From: Candidatus Anstonellales archaeon
Lineage (GTDB): Archaea; Micrarchaeota; Micrarchaeia; Anstonellales; J096
DNA length: 64,000 bases
NCBI GenBank assembly: GCA_038896535.1
Contig: JAWACY010000001.1
Span: 96,001-160,000, forward strand
Direction: 5' to 3'
Below, piece after piece: positions 59,063-64,000 of this stretch; the stretch's first letter is position 1, and every line of letters starts with the position of its first letter. Both the position numbers and the translations under genes were made by a program. Under the pieces are notes generated by a model. It searched no databases and was not told where the DNA came from. It saw only the letters and a program-made list of their open reading frames with translations.

Positions 59063-59448
59063 AAGCCCAAGCATCTGTTGAAAGTATGGCTATGCTATCT
59101 TTATCTTTAATGATAATTCTTTCCTTATCTGGAATAGCATTTTTACTGTTAGGAACATTAAACGAAAACTTAGAGAAGCAGAGGGCTTTAGTTTTTATTG
59201 ATAAACTTCAAACAAACTCTTTATCTGTTTATATGCAGGGCCAAGGAGCTAGTAAAAAAGTATTATTATATTTCCCAAATGAAGCAAATATTACAACAAA
59301 CAACACAATTGTAATATTAAATATAAAAAATAGTACAATTGCAAGGGATTTTGGATTTAACATCACTATTGCCCAGCCTTCATCATCTGGTTATGTTGAA
59401 TTTATAATAAACAATTCTGGAACAAGCGTGGGGGTTTATCCTCAATGA
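59059..59448 (+). CDS. Pilin-like protein with class III signal peptide
   Basis: MKA|QASVE plus hydrophobic helix; GQGASK. Confidence 0.8.
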   Translation: MKAQASVESMAMLSLSLMIILSLSGIAFLLLGTLNENLEKQRALVFIDKLQTNSLSVYMQGQGASKKVLLYFPNEANITTNNTIVILNIKNSTIARDFGFNITIAQPSSSGYVEFIINNSGTSVGVYPQ

Positions 59449-59813
59449 GTAACAGTATAGAAACAATTGTGATTTTTGGTTTTCTTTTAAGCATTGTAAT
59501 GCTATCTATAGTCATTGGACAGGGCAATATGCAAGTAATGGCATTAAAAAAAGACAAGAGCGATTTAATGTATGCAAATTCTGTATTGAATAATGCAATA
59601 ACCCAACTTGTTTCATGCTCTGATAATTGTAGCATTAATGTAAGCTTTCCTTCTTACATCATAATAAATAAGAGCTCAGATACATGTATTTTAAGCAATG
59701 GCAATAACTTTTTGAATTGCTTTATACCATTTAACAAAACATTCTATGTTAATGGGACTGTTTTTAGAATGAAAATAAATAATACAAATTTTGGGGTTGA
59801 TGTAATTGAATAG
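59445..59813 (+). CDS. Minor pilin-like protein
   Basis: SIE plus hydrophobic N-terminal helix; translationally coupled. Confidence 0.55.
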   Translation: MSNSIETIVIFGFLLSIVMLSIVIGQGNMQVMALKKDKSDLMYANSVLNNAITQLVSCSDNCSINVSFPSYIIINKSSDTCILSNGNNFLNCFIPFNKTFYVNGTVFRMKINNTNFGVDVIE

Positions 59814-60255
59814 CATCGATGCCTTAATGTCCTTTTTCATATTTATTTCCTTATTTCTCTTCATAAACGGCATTGTGAATAATACAAACATAGAGATATC
59901 TTTACATGAGAAAAGCATAAATTTTGATCCAATAAGAGCGTTTTGTTTTCCTGGAGATGGCGCTTTATGGGATATAAATACTGGTTATGCTGGCTTTGGC
60001 AAATATTATAATTTTTGCACATTAGAAAAAAGGAAACTTGATTATTATATATCATTGCTTTCAACAAATAATGAAAATGCAAAAGAAATGCTTGGCATAG
60101 CAGGAAAAAACATTACATTAACAATAAGTGATATAAATGGCACATTATACTACAATTATGCAGAAACATTATCTAATGACAGAGATATTTATACAATATA
60201 TGGAACTTTTAATAACAGGCCAGTAAAAATAAAAATACAAATAAGCAGTGGTTAA
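59806..60255 (+). CDS. Minor pilin-like protein
   Basis: SID plus hydrophobic helix; operon position. Confidence 0.55.
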   Translation: MNSIDALMSFFIFISLFLFINGIVNNTNIEISLHEKSINFDPIRAFCFPGDGALWDINTGYAGFGKYYNFCTLEKRKLDYYISLLSTNNENAKEMLGIAGKNITLTISDINGTLYYNYAETLSNDRDIYTIYGTFNNRPVKIKIQISSG

Positions 60256-60672
60256 ATGAAAAAGGGCCTTTATTTTTCTCTTGATGGTCTTATTGCAATA
60301 ATAATATTATCTTTATTCATATCAAATGTTATAATGCTTGACCAAAATAATGGAGATAAAAGCATTGAAGCATATTCATTAAGCCTTGCAGCAATGATGG
60401 AAAAAAACATGCCATTGAGTAATTTATCAAATAATACAACAATGTTAAACTTCTTTAACAGCTTAGATAGCCAATATTGTTTTTATTATGAATTCTATGG
60501 CTTCCCGCCCCCTCAGAATAACCCAAGGCTTTTATTCAATGTTACAAGAACTGGCTGCAATATTTCAGCAAATTATTACCAGTTGTTCAGGAGCATATTG
60601 AATGATCAAGATTTAAGAGTAAGAGATTTATCTTATGGCTTTAGGATGAGAGTATGGCAAAAGCTTTCATAA
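60256..60672 (+). CDS. Pilin-like protein with class III-like signal peptide
   Basis: MKKG|LYFSLD plus hydrophobic helix. Confidence 0.7.
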   Translation: MKKGLYFSLDGLIAIIILSLFISNVIMLDQNNGDKSIEAYSLSLAAMMEKNMPLSNLSNNTTMLNFFNSLDSQYCFYYEFYGFPPPQNNPRLLFNVTRTGCNISANYYQLFRSILNDQDLRVRDLSYGFRMRVWQKLS

Positions 60673-61544
60673 ATCATCTGTACTTAATATTTTATGTCTT
60701 GCCAATGCTTGCTTTGATATATGCTATTAATTTAAATATGCAAAGGGCACAAGAATCAAGTTATACAACATTAAATTATATAACAGATGATATTATAGAA
60801 GATTTGAAAACAATTTTATATGCAAATACAGATAAAAAAATAACAATACAAAGGCAGGGAAACCTTGCCATTATAAGTGTATTTGATATAATGAATGATT
60901 CAAAACTTGAAGGTATGAGTTTAAATCAAAATATAAATAAATACACTTCAAAGGTTTTGCCAAAATTTATAGTTTTTTATGGACTAACCACATATGCCTT
61001 TTCAATTAATTGGCAAAATGAGCCAACACTATTTTTTACAAATGGAATGAGCCAGAGAACTTATACGCCAGGGAATAATGTTAGATATGATTTTTTTGGA
61101 AATGCAAATACAAGCATGATAAACCTTACAATAAATTATACAAATGGCATAATGCCTTTTGTAAAAATTTGCACATTTAATGGCTTGCCAATATCATGTA
61201 ATGGCGGCACATATGGGGCAGGGACATTTAATGTAACGCTAAATTATACAGATAATATAGGCAATGCATTATTTATATTCAGAATAAATCCTAATGTTGC
61301 GAATACATTTCAAATAACTTATATAGGAGCCCAGACAAGGACAACAACATTAAACATGGGCTTAGTTGGTTCAAATCAAAGATCTATAAGATATAATATA
61401 AATCAGCAAGCGTTTGCCATAATAAATGCAACATTTATAAATAATGAGCAAAATTACATTATGGCATATCTTCCAGGAAGTATTAATTTAACACAAGCAA
61501 CATTTTCAAAAAGCATTAATATTATTCCTATAGAGGAGGGGTAG
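60654..61544 (+). CDS. Secreted or pilus-associated protein
   Basis: N-terminal hydrophobic helix, Asn/Thr-rich; operon position. Confidence 0.55.
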   Translation: MAKAFINHLYLIFYVLPMLALIYAINLNMQRAQESSYTTLNYITDDIIEDLKTILYANTDKKITIQRQGNLAIISVFDIMNDSKLEGMSLNQNINKYTSKVLPKFIVFYGLTTYAFSINWQNEPTLFFTNGMSQRTYTPGNNVRYDFFGNANTSMINLTINYTNGIMPFVKICTFNGLPISCNGGTYGAGTFNVTLNYTDNIGNALFIFRINPNVANTFQITYIGAQTRTTTLNMGLVGSNQRSIRYNINQQAFAIINATFINNEQNYIMAYLPGSINLTQATFSKSINIIPIEEG

Positions 61545-61550
61545 AAATAA

Positions 61551-63257
61551 ATGATGATTAAAACTAAGATTGATAAACTTTTTGAAATGCAGGAAAAGGC
61601 CATTACATTGAAAAATGCAATAGAGCTAACTGATATAAGCAAGAAAGAACTTGAAGACATATTAGAAGCATTAGAAAATGTTGGGGCCATTGAGCTTTAT
61701 TATTTGCCATTACCATTTACGCAACCAAGAATAAAAATAAAGCCATTTTATTATGAATATGAGAAACAGAAAATAGGGAAAGAAAAAGAAAAATATGAAA
61801 TAAAGAGCAATGATGGGCTTTATAAAGCTGAGATAAGCATAATGGAAAGCAAAGATGGTTTAACTTATAACATTGATTATCCAATACCAGGGCCTTTAAC
61901 TTCACAGTATTTAAATGCAATAGCAGATAAAATTTTTGCAACATTGCCAGCTGAAACATTTCTTATAAGTGAAGAAGAGAGAAAACAAAAACTTTATGAA
62001 AAGCAAGTAGAGGAGGCATTAAAATTTTTTAAGGATATAACATACAATGAGGAAGATGCATTATTGCTTGCTGGAATATTAAAAAGTCAAAGTTTTGGCA
62101 TAGGGAAAATAGATTACATACTAGCAGATCCAGAAATAGAGGAGGTAGTAATAAATAATGCCTTTACTCCCCTCATAGTATATCATAGAAGGTATGGATG
62201 GCTAAAAACAAATATAAAAATTGGCAGTGAAGAAGAAATTGTAAATATATCATCAAAGATAGCAAGAAGGTCTGGCAGGCAGATAACAATTTTAACCCCA
62301 TTACTTGATGCACATCTCATAAAAGGGGAGAGAGTTAATGCTACTTTATATCCTATAAGCATAAGAGGGAATACTATAACAATAAGGAAATTCTCAGAAG
62401 AGCCATATACAATACCATTCTTAATAAAAAATGGCACTTTGAATGTTGATATGGCCTCTTTATTATGGCAAGCAATAGAACTTGAAATGAACATGCTCAT
62501 TATAGGTGGAACTGCAACTGGTAAAACAACATTGCTAAATGCATTATTGATGCTTATAAATAATAAGCAAAGGCTCATAACGATTGAAGATACAAAAGAA
62601 CTTAATTTACCAGAAACATTTGAAAACTATGTTTCATTGCTAACAAGAGAACCAAATCCAGAAGGGCTTGGACAAGTAACACTGCTTGATTTAATGATAA
62701 ATGCTTTGAGGATGAGGCCAGATAGAATTATTGTAGGAGAAATTAGAAGAAAAGAGGAAGCAATAGTTTTGTTTGAGGCAATGCATACAGGGCATAGTGT
62801 CTATTCAACATTCCATGCTGATACAGCTTATATAGCAGTAAAGAGATTAACAGAAGAGCCTATTGCTCTTCCTTATCAAGAACTCGAAGTTTTAGATTTC
62901 TTTGTTACATTAAGGAGGGATAAAAAAACTGGATTAAGAAGAATATTTGAAATAGGCCAATTTTTAAGTAAAGAAGCAAGCACAGTAACTGAGAGGGTTT
63001 ATGTACATAGAGCAAGAACAGACACTTTTGACTATCTTGGCCTGCCAGTAAAGTACATAGAAAAAATTGCATTATATACTGGCATGACAAATGAAGAAAT
63101 AGAAGAGGATATAAAACAAAAATCAGAAATATTGAAATATGCTGTAAAACATAATTTTATAAGCCCATTAGCATTTAGCAATTTTATACAAAATTATTAT
63201 GAAGACAATACATTTTATGACAAAATTAAAAAAGGCCTAATTAAAGTGAGAAAATGA
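61551..63257 (+). CDS. Type IV pilus / type II secretion ATPase (CpaF/TadA/FlaI family)
   Basis: GGTATGKTT, TIEDTKEL, LRMRPDRIIVGEIR, TGHSVYSTFHA. Confidence 0.95.
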   Translation: MMIKTKIDKLFEMQEKAITLKNAIELTDISKKELEDILEALENVGAIELYYLPLPFTQPRIKIKPFYYEYEKQKIGKEKEKYEIKSNDGLYKAEISIMESKDGLTYNIDYPIPGPLTSQYLNAIADKIFATLPAETFLISEEERKQKLYEKQVEEALKFFKDITYNEEDALLLAGILKSQSFGIGKIDYILADPEIEEVVINNAFTPLIVYHRRYGWLKTNIKIGSEEEIVNISSKIARRSGRQITILTPLLDAHLIKGERVNATLYPISIRGNTITIRKFSEEPYTIPFLIKNGTLNVDMASLLWQAIELEMNMLIIGGTATGKTTLLNALLMLINNKQRLITIEDTKELNLPETFENYVSLLTREPNPEGLGQVTLLDLMINALRMRPDRIIVGEIRRKEEAIVLFEAMHTGHSVYSTFHADTAYIAVKRLTEEPIALPYQELEVLDFFVTLRRDKKTGLRRIFEIGQFLSKEASTVTERVYVHRARTDTFDYLGLPVKYIEKIALYTGMTNEEIEEDIKQKSEILKYAVKHNFISPLAFSNFIQNYYEDNTFYDKIKKGLIKVRK

Positions 63258-64000
63258 TATTTAACGCTGAAAAACACAAATTTTTGAGGAGGTTTGAATT
63301 TATAGGTAACCTTCTTATCAGAATATTTCCATTCGTTAAGCATGACTTATTAGTATCGGGAGAAAAAGTGAAGCCATCACTTTTTATGACTGCTCTGTTC
63401 TTGAATGCCCTCTTTATCCCTCTATTTATATCAATATCCATATATTTATATTTTGGCCCTCAATCTATATTTATAACAATTATTTCATTCTTTTATTTAT
63501 TTCTCTTTGTTTTTATATTTGGACTTGCTTACCCTAGAGCTAAAATAGTAGATTTGAGTAAAAGTATTGATAAGGATTTAAGCATTTTATTAAGTGATAT
63601 TATTATACAATTAAAAAGCGGCGTATTGCTTTATGATGCATTAGTAAGTGCTGGCACAGCAAATTATGGGCTCGCAAGCAAAAAAATAAATGAGATGATA
63701 AGAAAGATTAGCCAAGGTTATTCAGAAAGAGCTGCAATGCAAGAACTGGCATTAACAATTAGGAGCGAGTTTATGAAAACAACTATGTGGAGGATTGTAT
63801 CTTCTTTAAGAATAGGGGGAAATGTTGTTTATTTGCTTGATGCTATAACAAAAACTGTGAAAGAATATAATGAAAGAGAAATGAAAATGTATATAGATTT
63901 AATAAATATCGGCCTTATGTTTTTTTTACTTTTAGGGGTCGTGCTGCCATCAATAGCGATAATATCAGGCTTAATAATATTATCTGCTAGTGGGATACCA
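63254..64000 (+). CDS. TadC/FlaJ-like membrane platform protein (T2SS F family; runs off the window end)
   Basis: Not in the ORF track. From ATG 63254: TMs, then IDKDL..LLSDI..QLKSG..LYDAL....YG...GGNV; follows the ATPase. Confidence 0.85.
   Translation, partial: MIFNAEKHKFLRRFEFIGNLLIRIFPFVKHDLLVSGEKVKPSLFMTALFLNALFIPLFISISIYLYFGPQSIFITIISFFYLFLFVFIFGLAYPRAKIVDLSKSIDKDLSILLSDIIIQLKSGVLLYDALVSAGTANYGLASKKINEMIRKISQGYSERAAMQELALTIRSEFMKTTMWRIVSSLRIGGNVVYLLDAITKTVKEYNEREMKMYIDLINIGLMFFLLLGVVLPSIAIISGLIILSASGIP

Overview
AT-rich, CpG-poor archaeal chromosomal segment. Gene content (PolD DP1/DP2, TBP, RpoK/RpoF, aEF-1a, archaeal DnaG, FEN1, Cbf5, archaeal ThrRS, class III signal-peptide pilins) with little biosynthesis suggests a DPANN archaeon, possibly Micrarchaeota-like; this placement is inference. 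Most of the window is housekeeping: about 70 CDS, six tRNAs (one with an intron), SRP RNA, a type IV pilus locus and a small methyltransferase islet. The most unusual signal is one family of 38-bp palindromic units (GTAAGAAGGC-N17/18-GCCTTCTTAC, with 28- or 10-bp linkers). It starts 2-4 nt after the 3' end of three different tRNA genes (Lys-CTT 5 units, Arg-TCT 1 unit, Thr-CGT 7 units), always in the tRNA sense, with shuffled loop halves and decayed distal ends, and with no cas, integrase or transposase gene recognised in the window. Other non-coding signals: a probable H/ACA guide RNA near cbf5, an SRP RNA that appears to lack helix 6, and an unexplained GC-rich hairpin. All protein calls are from motif recognition by eye; no database searches were run.
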